From contig CAMYOD010000077.1 of assembly GCA_947259975.1 (NCBI GenBank), forward strand, positions 8,473 to 72,472: DNA of 64,000 nucleotides, given 5' to 3'. The position numbers and the translations under genes are program-made. The notes under the pieces were generated by a model. The model worked only from the letters and a program-made list of their open reading frames with translations. It had not been told where the DNA came from and searched no databases. Shown one piece after another: positions 31,131-40,096 of this stretch (the stretch's first letter is position 1; each line of letters opens with the position of its first letter). Origin of the DNA: an uncultured Gammaproteobacteria bacterium. Its GTDB lineage: Bacteria; Pseudomonadota; Gammaproteobacteria; HyVt-429.

Positions 31131-32480
31131 ATGCCTGACAACGATCTCAAGACCATCCTGCTGCGCCGTTTTGTCGCCGGCAGCGCCTGGACCACGGTGG
31201 GCAAGCTGGGGGCCGGCATCGCGGTGCTGGGCGTCAACTTCACACTTGCCCGCCTGCTGACACCGGAGGCCTTCGGAGTTTATTTTCTGAGCCTGAGCGT
31301 GGTCCTGGTCGCGGCGGTGGCCGCGCAGTTCGGCATGGCGCGCGCCGTCGTGCGTCTGGTGGCGGAAGATATCGGTGCCAATCGACGCGCACAGGTGCGG
31401 GGCACGGTGTTCACCGCCCATGCCCTGGTCCTCATCCTGGCCGCGAGCCTGGGGGCGGTGTTCTATCTCGGTTTGGGAAAATGGCTGGCGAACACGGTGT
31501 TCGAAGCGCCGTTGATGGCGGGCCTGGTGGGGCTGATCGCGGTGTGGACAGTATTGGTCGCCTATCAGAACACTCTGGCGGAGACCTTCCGCGGTTTTCA
31601 CGACATTCGTTCCACGGTGCTGTTTGGCGGGCAGGGCGTCGGCCTGGTGTCACCGTTATTGACCCTCGTGGGCTTGATTCTGCTGTGGTTGGTTTGGCGT
31701 CGCGCCGACCTGGCCGATGTGGTGTCGATTGCCGTCGCGGCAACCGCCGTCAGCATCGGTGTCGGCATCGCGGCGTTGCGGCGACGTCTGCGTGATTATC
31801 CGCCGACGACCAGTATTGCGGTGGGCGCATTGCTCGCGCTGGGCTGGCCGCTGTGGTTGTCGACGCTGTTGATACTCACCTTCACTCAGGCCGATCTCTG
31901 GGTGCTCGGTGCCTTGCGCGGGGAGGCCGACGTGGCGGTCTACGGCGCGGCGGCCCAATTGGCCGCTCTGATGGCGTTGCCATTTGTGATCGTGCACGCT
32001 GCCACCCCCGCCTCGATCGCGGAGCTGTATGTGCAGGGCAAACGCCGTCAACTCGAAACTCTGTTGCGGGTATCGACCCTGTTTGCCACGTTGCCGGCCG
32101 CGGTACTGCTACTCGTATTCATGTTGTTCGGCGCCGAGATTATGAGCCTGCTCTATGGTGAGTACTATGCGGCCGGGGCGGGGATTCTCGCCATCCTTGC
32201 GGGTGGACACTTCATGAGTATCTGGACCGGGCCCAGCGGCATCGCCATGATGATGACGGGACATCAGGCCACCATGATGATCATCACCCTGCTGACCAGC
32301 GCGGCGACCCTGGGGCTGGCGATTCTGGTCGGGCGCAGCTACGGTGCGGTCGGTATTGCCTGGGTGTTTGCCGTCGGTTTCAGTGTGCAGAATCTATTGA
32401 TGTGGGTGGCGGCACGGGTGAAGATGGGCATCTGGACGCATGTCTCGCTGGCGCGCTTGTGGGCGTTGGCGCGCGCCTGA
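31131..32480 (+). CDS. Polysaccharide flippase (Wzx/PST-family oligosaccharide transporter)
   Basis: 449 aa, about 12 TM; starts 'LRRFVAGSAWTTVGKLGAGIAVLG' like Wzx N-termini. Confidence 0.7.
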   Translation: MPDNDLKTILLRRFVAGSAWTTVGKLGAGIAVLGVNFTLARLLTPEAFGVYFLSLSVVLVAAVAAQFGMARAVVRLVAEDIGANRRAQVRGTVFTAHALVLILAASLGAVFYLGLGKWLANTVFEAPLMAGLVGLIAVWTVLVAYQNTLAETFRGFHDIRSTVLFGGQGVGLVSPLLTLVGLILLWLVWRRADLADVVSIAVAATAVSIGVGIAALRRRLRDYPPTTSIAVGALLALGWPLWLSTLLILTFTQADLWVLGALRGEADVAVYGAAAQLAALMALPFVIVHAATPASIAELYVQGKRRQLETLLRVSTLFATLPAAVLLLVFMLFGAEIMSLLYGEYYAAGAGILAILAGGHFMSIWTGPSGIAMMMTGHQATMMIITLLTSAATLGLAILVGRSYGAVGIAWVFAVGFSVQNLLMWVAARVKMGIWTHVSLARLWALARA

Positions 32481-32537
32481 CAACGATGAAAATAACGATG
32501 CAAAGTTCACCGCGGAACAGACGCGTGGGGTCGAAGC

Positions 32538-33287
32538 GTGGCTGATCTCGGTATCCGCTATGCGGATCTCACGGTCAACGACCGTAACCCCATCAAGCGC
32601 ATGCTGCAGCGACGCCGGCTCGGCGACAGTCTGTTTGCGTTACGGTCGTGGTCTGACAAGCCCGATCTGCGGGTGCTCGATATCGGCTGTGGCGACGGCG
32701 AGCTGGCCAAGCTATTGGCCGCGCGCCTGAATCAACCGGCCATCACCTGCTACGAGCCGACGCAGGAGTTTCGCGAACAGGCCGAAGAGAATCTCGCCGG
32801 CCTCGAGCGGGTCAATCTAACCGGGGAACTCGCGCCCTTGCGCGGACAACACTTCGATCTGATTTTTTGTCTCGAGGTCATGGAACATCTGCCGGATGTG
32901 GAACTGGATGCCTTGTTAGCGGATGTGGACGATCTGCTGGCGCACGGCGGACAGCTGATCATCGGTGTGCCCAACGAACTCCACCTCGCCGCGCTCATCA
33001 AGGGTGCATTCCGCCTCGTGCGCCGCGCCGGCGACTACGATACGAAACCTCGCAATATCCTGCGCGCCATCATCGGGCGCCCGCCGAGCGACCGACCGGT
33101 GTTCCGGCTGGCCCATGGCGCCGCGTACCATCGCCGCCATATGGGGTTCGACCATCGCGCCCTGGCGCAGCGGCTGCGGCAGCGCTTCCATATCATCCGG
33201 CGTTACCCAAGTCCGTTACATTGGCTGCCGGTCACGTTGGGTTTCGAGGTCTATTTTCTCTGCGGCAAGCCGCGCGGTGGACAATAG
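32538..33287 (+). CDS. Class I SAM-dependent methyltransferase
   Basis: 249 aa; 'VLDIGCGDGELAKLLA' motif I, 'LIFCLEVMEHL' motif II. Confidence 0.7.
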   Translation: MADLGIRYADLTVNDRNPIKRMLQRRRLGDSLFALRSWSDKPDLRVLDIGCGDGELAKLLAARLNQPAITCYEPTQEFREQAEENLAGLERVNLTGELAPLRGQHFDLIFCLEVMEHLPDVELDALLADVDDLLAHGGQLIIGVPNELHLAALIKGAFRLVRRAGDYDTKPRNILRAIIGRPPSDRPVFRLAHGAAYHRRHMGFDHRALAQRLRQRFHIIRRYPSPLHWLPVTLGFEVYFLCGKPRGGQ

Positions 33288-33289
33288 AC

Positions 33290-34261
33290 ATGTCCGTCAC
33301 GCCGGTGTTCATATTTTCCCTGCCGCGCTGTGGCTCCACGCTCACCCAGCGCCTGTTGGCGGCGCGTGCGGAAGTGGCCACGTCCTCCGAGCCCTGGTTG
33401 TTATTGCCCCTGTTGTATGCACGCAGGGACGGCGGTGCCTACAGTGAGTACGGGCACTATCTGGCGGTCTCGGCCCTGCGGGATTTCTGTGCCGAATGCG
33501 ACGGCGGCGAAGCGGCCTATCAGCAGGCGCTGCGCAACTTCGTGCTCGATCTCTATGCCAAGGCGGCGGGGGAGGCGCGCTATTTCGTCGATAAGACGCC
33601 GCGCTATCACTTGATCGCCGAGGAAGTCATGCAGCTGTTTCCCGAGGCCAAGTGCATTTTTCTGTGGCGCCATCCCCTCGCCATGATCGCCTCCATGGTC
33701 GAGACCTTCGGCAAGGGGCGTTGGATGCTTTACGTGTTGAAGGTCGACCTGTTCGACGGCCTGGACAATCTGACGCGGGCGTTTGCGGCCGCGCCGCAAT
33801 CGGCACTCGGCGTGCGCTATGAGGATCTGGTGCAAACGCCGGAAGACGTGCTTGGGCGACTACTCGAGTATCTCGAACTGCCGGCGGATGCGGAACTCAG
33901 CCAGCGCTTCGCGGATACGGAGCTCAAGGGCACGTTAGGTGATCAGGCGGGCAGCCGCGCCTACCAGACCATCAGTGCCGAGCCGTTGCAGAAATGGACG
34001 GGGGTGCTCGGCAACCCGGTGCGTAAGCTCTGGTGTCGGCGCTACCTGCGCTGGATCGGTCGCGAACGGCTCGCCGCCATGGGCTATGACCTGGACGTGC
34101 TGTTGGCCGAGTTGCGCGCGGCCCCCTTCTCGCTGCGGTTTCTGGTCTCCGATATCGGTCAGCTCCTTTTCGCCTGGGTGTATGCCTGGGTGGAACCGGC
34201 GATGCTGCGCGACAAGTTCAGGAAACTGCCGCGCCTGTGGCGCGTCCACGGTCATCGTTGA
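33290..34261 (+). CDS. Sulfotransferase-family protein
   Basis: 324 aa from MSVTPVFIFSLPRCGSTLTQRLL (5'-PSB P-loop-like 'PRCGST'), 'YFVDKTPRYH'. The upstream part of ORF 32867.. is the antisense read-through of the methyltransferase. Confidence 0.7.
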   Translation: MSVTPVFIFSLPRCGSTLTQRLLAARAEVATSSEPWLLLPLLYARRDGGAYSEYGHYLAVSALRDFCAECDGGEAAYQQALRNFVLDLYAKAAGEARYFVDKTPRYHLIAEEVMQLFPEAKCIFLWRHPLAMIASMVETFGKGRWMLYVLKVDLFDGLDNLTRAFAAAPQSALGVRYEDLVQTPEDVLGRLLEYLELPADAELSQRFADTELKGTLGDQAGSRAYQTISAEPLQKWTGVLGNPVRKLWCRRYLRWIGRERLAAMGYDLDVLLAELRAAPFSLRFLVSDIGQLLFAWVYAWVEPAMLRDKFRKLPRLWRVHGHR

Positions 34262-34279
34262 GACACGGCCCGCGGACCC

Positions 34280-35077
34280 ATGAAAATCTCCGTGATCACC
34301 GTGGTGCGCAACGCGGCGCACACCATCGAAGACACCCTGCGCTCGGTGGCCGCACAGACCCATGCGGATGTGGAGCACATCGTCATCGACGGCGGCTCCA
34401 GCGACGGCACCCTGGACATCATCGAGCGTTATCGCGACGGTCTTGCCATGGTGGTGTCGGAGCCGGACGATGGTATCTATGATGCCATGAACAAGGGTAT
34501 CGCGCGGGCCACCGGCGAGGTCATCGGCACCTTGAATGCGGACGATGTCTACGCCCACGACGGCGTGCTCGCGCGGGTCGCGGAAGTCTTCGCGGACGCA
34601 GCACTGGACGCGTGTTATGCGGATTTGCTGTACGTGGCGGCGGATAATCTCGATCGCATCGTGCGCTATTGGACCTCGCAAGCCTATCGGCCGGGCTTGT
34701 TTGAGCGTGGCTGGATCCCGGCGCATCCCACGTTCTTCGTGCGCAAGCGCGTCTATGACCGCTACGGTGCTTTTGATACCCAGTACAAGATCCAGTCCGA
34801 CTTCGAGCTCACCATGCGTTTTTTGCGCGTGCACCAGATACGGTCGATTTATCTGCCGGAGATTTTCGTGCGCATGCGTATGGGTGGGCGCACCAACCGG
34901 CGCGTAAGCGATGTTATCAAGGGCAATCTGGAATCCTATCGCGCCTGCCGCAAGCATAAGCTGGGCGTCAACCCGGTGACCTTCTTTGTCGCCAAGATCG
35001 CCTCGCGGATTCCGCAATTCTTCCAGCGGCCCGCGGCGTTAGATGTGTCCGGCTCGACTCAGTCCTTGAAGCGCTGA
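34280..35077 (+). CDS. Glycosyltransferase family 2
   Basis: 265 aa; '[21 protein letters not shown]…[12 protein letters not shown]' N-terminal GT-A signature, 'ADD' DXD. Confidence 0.8.
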   Translation: MKISVITVVRNAAHTIEDTLRSVAAQTHADVEHIVIDGGSSDGTLDIIERYRDGLAMVVSEPDDGIYDAMNKGIARATGEVIGTLNADDVYAHDGVLARVAEVFADAALDACYADLLYVAADNLDRIVRYWTSQAYRPGLFERGWIPAHPTFFVRKRVYDRYGAFDTQYKIQSDFELTMRFLRVHQIRSIYLPEIFVRMRMGGRTNRRVSDVIKGNLESYRACRKHKLGVNPVTFFVAKIASRIPQFFQRPAALDVSGSTQSLKR

Positions 35078-36282
35078 AAGACCAGGGTGGCGTTGGTGCC
35101 GCCGAAGCCGAAGCTGTTCGACATCACGGTATTCAACCCCGCGTTATCCACTCGCGTACGGATGATGGGAAAATCCGTCGCCATCGGGTCCAGTTCCGTG
35201 ATGTTCGCCGAGGCGGTGATGAAGTCGCCGTCGAGCATGAGCAGGGAATAGATCGCCTCGTTGACGCCCGCCGCGCCGAGGGCGTGACCGGTCAGGGACT
35301 TGGTCGAACTGATCGGCGGGATGGCATCGCCGAAGGTGTCGCGCACTGCTTCCAGTTCCTTCATATCTCCGGCCGGCGTGCTGGTGCCGTGGGCATTAAT
35401 ATAGTCAATCGGTCCGTCCACGGTGGCCATGGCCTGTTGCATGCAGCGCACCGCGCCTTCACCCGATGGTTGCACCATATCGAAGCCGTCCGAGGTGGCG
35501 CCGTAACCCACCACCTCGGCAAGGATGCGCGCGCCGCGGGCGCGGGCGTGCTCGAGTTCCTCCAACACCAGCATGCCGCCACCGCCGGCAATCACGAAGC
35601 CGTCGCGGTGTGCGTCGTAGGCGCGGGAGGCCTCGGTCGGGGTTTCGTTGTACTTCGAGGACAGCGCGCCCATGGCATCGAACAAGACCGAAAGGGTCCA
35701 GTGCAGTTCTTCGCCGCCGCCGGCAAACACCATGTCCTGTTTGCCGAGTTGAATCAGCTCAAAGCCGTTGCCGATACAGTGCGCGCTGGTGGAACAGGCG
35801 GAGCTGATCGAATAGTTCACGCCCTTGATATGAAACGGCGTCGCCAGGCAGGCGGACACCGTACTCGACATGGTCCGTGTCACCATATAGGGACCGACTC
35901 TACGCACACCCTTTGCGCGCAGGACGTCGGCGGCCTGCACCGTGTTGGCGGTGGACGCGCCACCGGAACCGGCGATCAGACCGACTCTGGGATCGGAGAT
36001 TTGTTCCGCATCCAGGCCGGCATCGTCGATGGCCTGCTGCATGGCGATGTAGGCATAGGCGGCGGCGTCACCCATGAAGCGTCGCGCCTTGCGATCGATC
36101 AGCGCATCCAGATCGGCGCTGACGGCGCCATGAACGTGTGAACGAAAACCCAGGTCGGCATATTCCTCGGAAAACTCGATACCCGAACGCCCGTCATACA
36201 GGGCCTGGCGTACTTCACTTGCGTCGTTACCGATACTCGAGACAATACCCAGGCCGGTAACGACCACGCGACGTGTCGACAC
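35059..36282 (-). CDS. fabB: 3-oxoacyl-ACP synthase I
   Basis: 407 aa; '[13 protein letters not shown]', active-site Cys in '[12 protein letters not shown]', His/His 'NAHGTST…GHALGAAG'. It lies immediately downstream of fabA. Confidence 0.9.
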   Translation of the reverse strand: MSTRRVVVTGLGIVSSIGNDASEVRQALYDGRSGIEFSEEYADLGFRSHVHGAVSADLDALIDRKARRFMGDAAAYAYIAMQQAIDDAGLDAEQISDPRVGLIAGSGGASTANTVQAADVLRAKGVRRVGPYMVTRTMSSTVSACLATPFHIKGVNYSISSACSTSAHCIGNGFELIQLGKQDMVFAGGGEELHWTLSVLFDAMGALSSKYNETPTEASRAYDAHRDGFVIAGGGGMLVLEELEHARARGARILAEVVGYGATSDGFDMVQPSGEGAVRCMQQAMATVDGPIDYINAHGTSTPAGDMKELEAVRDTFGDAIPPISSTKSLTGHALGAAGVNEAIYSLLMLDGDFITASANITELDPMATDFPIIRTRVDNAGLNTVMSNSFGFGGTNATLVFQRFKD

Positions 36283-36284
36283 GA

Positions 36285-36794
36285 TCAGAAACCCTCGGTG
36301 GAAGTGAACAAACCAACTTGCAGGTCCGTCCCCTTGTAAATCTCCCGGCCATCGACTTCCATCACGGCGTCGCCGATGCCCATATACAATTTGCGCATGA
36401 TCACCCGCTTCATGTCTACCCGGTAGGTGATCAATTTATTGTTGGGCGTGACCTGGCCGGTGAATTTGATCTCGCCGGACCCCAGGGCGCGGCCGCGGCC
36501 GGGACCCCCGCGCCAGGCCAGATAGAAGCCAATCAGCTGCCACATGGCGTCCACACCCAGGCACCCGGGCATGACCGGATCCCCCTGAAAGTGACAATCG
36601 AAAAACCAGAGATCGGGCTTAATATCCAGCTCGGCGATGACCTGTCCCTTGTCGAATTGACCGCCGGATTCGCTGATCTCGGTGATGCGGTCGAACATCA
36701 GCATGGGCGGCAACGGCAGCTGCGCGTTGCCCGGTCCGAATAAGGTGCCGCGCCCACAGTCCAGAAGTTCTTCGCGCGTGAAACTTGTTTTCAT
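36285..36794 (-). CDS. fabA: 3-hydroxydecanoyl-ACP dehydratase/isomerase
   Basis: 169 aa; '[24 protein letters not shown]' is the FabA active-site His/hot-dog motif. Confidence 0.9.
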   Translation of the reverse strand: MKTSFTREELLDCGRGTLFGPGNAQLPLPPMLMFDRITEISESGGQFDKGQVIAELDIKPDLWFFDCHFQGDPVMPGCLGVDAMWQLIGFYLAWRGGPGRGRALGSGEIKFTGQVTPNNKLITYRVDMKRVIMRKLYMGIGDAVMEVDGREIYKGTDLQVGLFTSTEGF

Positions 36795-37087
36795 TGTCGT
36801 GTTCGTGAATGGTGTGCGGCTCGCGACTATACCGACCGTGATCGAGGAGGGTCAACCTACGGTTAACCGGCTTTATTGTTTACCCGCGATGGATTCCCTG
36901 GTTCGCGGCCTGCATTATAACACCGGCGTGCGGTGTCGCCAGGCGCCATATGAGACACCATGTTGAGCGGCGCAATGCGCGGATTTTTGTACAACAGCAC
37001 CATCTTATGGAATACTTTGTGCCACATCGCCACGAGTCGCCGATAACTCAGTGGCGCGAATGTATAAATAGAATCAGGGGTTCGTCA

Positions 37088-37558
37088 ATGAGCGAGGAAA
37101 GCGAACGCGCGAAGGATCGACGCAAGGGTACGCGGGAGGTCATCGATAAGCTCACCAATGAGCGCACCGAGATGCTCGTCTTGTTTTGCCGTGTCGCGGG
37201 TCTCGAGCCCTATACATCGGACAAGCCGGTCGAATCCCTGCTGCAGGAGTTTTGCCAGGTGCTGGTGGACTATATCGCCGCGGGTCATTTTTCCCTCTAT
37301 GAACGCATCATCAACGGTAAGGAACGGCGCCAGGGGTTGGTGGATCTGGCGGAGAAACTGTATCCACGCATCGCCAAGACCACCGATGCGGTTTTGACGT
37401 TTAATGACAAATACGATACGCCGGAGAAGAATGCGGTATTGAGTGAGCTGTCCGACGATCTATCCGATCTGGGTCAGCAACTGGCCATCCGCGTGGACCT
37501 GGAAGACCGCCTGCTCGAAGTAATGAAACCGCAGGAACGACCCGCCGCGGCGGACTAG
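37088..37558 (+). CDS. rsd: Rsd/AlgQ-family regulator of sigma-70
   Basis: 156 aa; 'EFCQVLVDYIAAGHFSLYERII' parallels E. coli Rsd 'DFCQSLVDYLSAGHFSIYERIL'. Confidence 0.8.
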   Translation: MSEESERAKDRRKGTREVIDKLTNERTEMLVLFCRVAGLEPYTSDKPVESLLQEFCQVLVDYIAAGHFSLYERIINGKERRQGLVDLAEKLYPRIAKTTDAVLTFNDKYDTPEKNAVLSELSDDLSDLGQQLAIRVDLEDRLLEVMKPQERPAAAD

Positions 37559-38550
37559 CCGCCGGTATAGGACATGAAGCGAACGATTTTTTCCGGCTGT
37601 TCGCGAAACTCGTGACGCTCCGGTTTTTTCGCGATTGCCGCCGTTAATACCTCCCCTAAATCCATATCCGAAATACCGGCGCGCAACAGCGGCCGCAGGG
37701 CAACGCTGTTTTCCTGCCCGAGACAGAGATACAGCGTACCGTCCACCGCCAGACGCACCCGGTTGCAGGTTTCGCAGAAGTGTTGCGAGATGGGGGTGAT
37801 AAAACCGATGCGTAAATCCGTATTGCGCACCTGCAGGTAGCGCGCCGGACCCCCGCCCGGCATTACCGCGGGCACGAGATCAAACTCTTGTGCTAGTTGT
37901 TCGCGCACCTCGCTCAGATCCAGATAGTGGTCCACCGCATGGCGTCCGGTATCGCCCACCGGCATGGTCTCGATCAGGCGCAGGGTAAACCCGTGTCCGA
38001 TACAGAAGCGCACCATGTCCGGAATCTCATTATCATTGATGCCTTTCATCGCCACCATATTGATCTTGATAGGCGCAAACCCCGCGGCCTTCGCCGCCAT
38101 CAGACCTTCGAGCACCTTGGGAAGTCGCCCGGTACCGGTGATCTCCATAAAGCGATCCGCGCGCAATGAGTCCAGGCTGACATTGATGCGCGACACGCCG
38201 GCGGCCTTGAGGGCGATTGCATGTTTCTTGAGTTGATTCGCGTTGGTGCTGAGGGACAGATCCTCGATGCCGGGTACCGCATGCAGGCGGGCGGCGAGTT
38301 GACTCAGCCTGCGCCGGGCCAGGGGTTCGCCGCCGGTGATGCGGATACGCCGCACGCCCAGGGAAGCAAATGCGCGCACCACCTGTTCGATCTCGTCGAA
38401 GGTCAGCCAATGCGCAGGTTCTGCAAAGTCGCGATGATCCTGCGGCAGGCAGTAACTGCAGCGGAAATCGCAGCGGTCGGTGACCGACAGACGCAGGTAG
38501 CTGATCCGGCGATTGAAGGGATCGATGAGATGGCGACTCATGGACGCCAT
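37555..38550 (-). CDS. moaA: GTP 3',8-cyclase (molybdenum cofactor biosynthesis protein A)
   Basis: 331 aa from MASMSRHLIDPFNRRISYLRLSVTDRCDFRCSYCLP (radical-SAM CxxxCxxC); C-terminal 'CETCNRVRLAVDGTLYLCLGQ' second cluster. AAGGGGGG SD. Confidence 0.9.
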   Translation of the reverse strand: MASMSRHLIDPFNRRISYLRLSVTDRCDFRCSYCLPQDHRDFAEPAHWLTFDEIEQVVRAFASLGVRRIRITGGEPLARRRLSQLAARLHAVPGIEDLSLSTNANQLKKHAIALKAAGVSRINVSLDSLRADRFMEITGTGRLPKVLEGLMAAKAAGFAPIKINMVAMKGINDNEIPDMVRFCIGHGFTLRLIETMPVGDTGRHAVDHYLDLSEVREQLAQEFDLVPAVMPGGGPARYLQVRNTDLRIGFITPISQHFCETCNRVRLAVDGTLYLCLGQENSVALRPLLRAGISDMDLGEVLTAAIAKKPERHEFREQPEKIVRFMSYTGG

Positions 38551-38639
38551 TCTACCCCCCTTTATTCGTCGGGTGGGAGCAAGCGAATTTGGCGTCGCGA
38601 CCGGCCGTGCTGATTGCTGGGCGGACAGGGGCGGCAGCG

Positions 38640-39395
38640 TTACTCCTGATGCGCCGCGAAGGCCTGGCCGGTGGTGCCGTGGCTGTCGGGACCCATTAAA
38701 TAAAGGTAGGCGGGGATGACACTCTCCGGCAGGGGCAGGGCAGCAGGGTCCTCGCCCGGGTAGGCGCGCGCACGCAGGGCGGTGCGCACCGGGCCCGGAT
38801 CGAGACTGTTGACCCGAATCGAGGTACTGCCCGCGAGTTCCGCGGCGAAGGTCTGCATCAGGCCTTCCACGGCGAAGCCGCACACGCCGTAGGCACCCCA
38901 GTAGGGACGCGCGGCGCGCGCCACGTCGGCGCTGGTGAATACCACCGAGGCATCCTGCGACTGGCGCAGCAGCCCAAGGCAGGCGCGCGTGAGCAAAAAC
39001 GGCGCAATCAGGTTTACCTGCATGACCTCGCCCCACACGCCCAGGTCGTAGAGTTCCAGCGGCGCCAGCACGCCGAGTTCCGCGGCGTTGTGCAGAATCC
39101 CGTCGAGGCGGCCGAACTCCTGGCTGATCTTCTGTGCCACCTGCTGATAGTTCTCGGACGTGGCCTTGGCCAGATCCAGCGGCATGAGGGCCGGCTGCGG
39201 CCAGTCGCTGGATTCGATTTCGTCGTAGACTCGTTCTAATTTGGCCTGTTTGCGGTCGCACAAGACCACCGTGGCGCCATGCTCGGCGTAGGCCAGCGCG
39301 GCGGCGCGGCCGATGCCGCCCGCGGCCCCGGTGATCAGGACCACCCGATCGGCCAGGAGATCGGCGGGGGCGGTGTATTTAAGGAGTGCTTCCAT
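38640..39395 (-). CDS. yciK: SDR-family oxidoreductase, YciK-like
   Basis: 251 aa; 'VLITGAAGGIGRAAALAYAEHGATVVL' Rossmann motif, 'YWGAYGVCGFAVEG' (YxxxK-region variant). Confidence 0.75.
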   Translation of the reverse strand: MEALLKYTAPADLLADRVVLITGAAGGIGRAAALAYAEHGATVVLCDRKQAKLERVYDEIESSDWPQPALMPLDLAKATSENYQQVAQKISQEFGRLDGILHNAAELGVLAPLELYDLGVWGEVMQVNLIAPFLLTRACLGLLRQSQDASVVFTSADVARAARPYWGAYGVCGFAVEGLMQTFAAELAGSTSIRVNSLDPGPVRTALRARAYPGEDPAALPLPESVIPAYLYLMGPDSHGTTGQAFAAHQE

Positions 39396-39484
39396 AGGCT
39401 GTGGGAGCCGGGATTCTACAGAATTACCGGGTGAATTGCCTAAAAAACCCGCCTGTACGGCGTTTCCGGCGGCTATTTACGATT

Positions 39485-39500
39485 CTGTGACGCAGTTCAC
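39485..39500 (+). promoter_or_regulatory. Perfect CRP-family binding site TGTGAC-GCAG-TTCACA, centred about 41.5 bp upstream of the predicted transcription start
   Basis: TGTGA-N6-TCACA consensus. It is followed by a TATAAAT -10 at 39522-39528, a class II CRP-activated promoter geometry. It is also about 95 bp upstream of the divergent yciK start. Confidence 0.55.
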
Positions 39501-39533
39501 AGAACATTCCCCCACCCTCACCTATAAATAAGA

Positions 39534-39684
39534 CAGCAACAGGGGGTCCGTGCCGGTGGGGTTCCAAAGAGAACCCAGCCTAAGTCACCCGAGGGGGGAG
39601 TGACGCAGTTTGGGAAAAAAGACGCCAGAAGGACTTGGCCTGAATACCGAAACCGGGTCAGATGATGTCTGGCCCGGTTTTTTT
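39534..39684 (+). ncRNA. Candidate CRP-dependent small RNA (about 150 nt), family unassigned
   Basis: Runs from the predicted +1 downstream of the TATAAAT to an intrinsic terminator CCGGGTCAGA-tgatg-TCTGGCCCGG+T7 (39653-39684). It has internal hairpins (GGGGTTC-caaagag-AACCC). There is no ORF longer than 17 codons and no gene downstream on this strand. Confidence 0.4.
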
Positions 39685-39734
39685 GTGCCTGCGCACGACC
39701 TCTGTGTCTAAGGTAAGACGGTGTCAGAGAACAA

Positions 39735-40022
39735 TTACTTCTTGTATAAGCGTTCATTGTTCTCTGTCCCTGACATTAGCCACGCCTGCATCAGCTGTTT
39801 GATCTGTGACTGATAGCGCAGACCCTGCAGTTCGCATTTTTTGCGGAATGCCGCCAGCAACGGTTCGGGAACTCTGAGATCGATACCTTTCAACTTAGCG
39901 GTAGGTGCATTCAGTAGACGAAAGTTTTCGAGATATTCGAGAATCTGTTCAGTCGACATCTTGCGGCATTGCGCAAGATACTCGTCGCTGAAATATTGTA
40001 TCGGACGGGCCGGACGTTCCAT
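39735..40022 (-). CDS. BrnA/CopG-like ribbon-helix-helix antitoxin-family protein (orphan; no cognate toxin gene adjacent)
   Basis: 95 aa; C-terminal 'GIDLRVPEPLLAAFRKKCELQGLRYQSQIKQLMQAWL' fits the BrnA (COG3514) pattern. GAGGGTGA SD. Confidence 0.5.
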   Translation of the reverse strand: MERPARPIQYFSDEYLAQCRKMSTEQILEYLENFRLLNAPTAKLKGIDLRVPEPLLAAFRKKCELQGLRYQSQIKQLMQAWLMSGTENNERLYKK

Positions 40023-40096
40023 TTGATCACCCTCAAAAGCTGGTTATCGTCAAGGACTGGAGCGTTGCACCCGCGGTTGATCGCACACTCTAACCG

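Noticed and set aside
32867-33289. N-terminal 141-aa extension of the sulfotransferase ORF
   Set aside because: The extension overlaps the methyltransferase gene in another frame. A clean start MSVTPVF at 33290, 2 nt after the methyltransferase stop, gives a normal-length sulfotransferase.
37555-39261. 568-aa ORF read as one large gene
   Set aside because: Only its C-terminal 331 aa are MoaA (starting MASMSRHLI with a good SD). The Arg/Gly-rich upstream part is an antisense/out-of-frame read-through across the well-supported yciK SDR gene.
39534-39684. Assigning the candidate sRNA to the Csr/Rsm (RsmY/RsmZ/CsrB) family, or to 6S/4.5S/tmRNA
   Set aside because: It has only two GGA motifs and no GacA-box (TGTAAG-N6-CTTACA). 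The upstream palindrome is CRP-type. No conserved 6S bubble, SRP domain IV or tRNA-like end was found.
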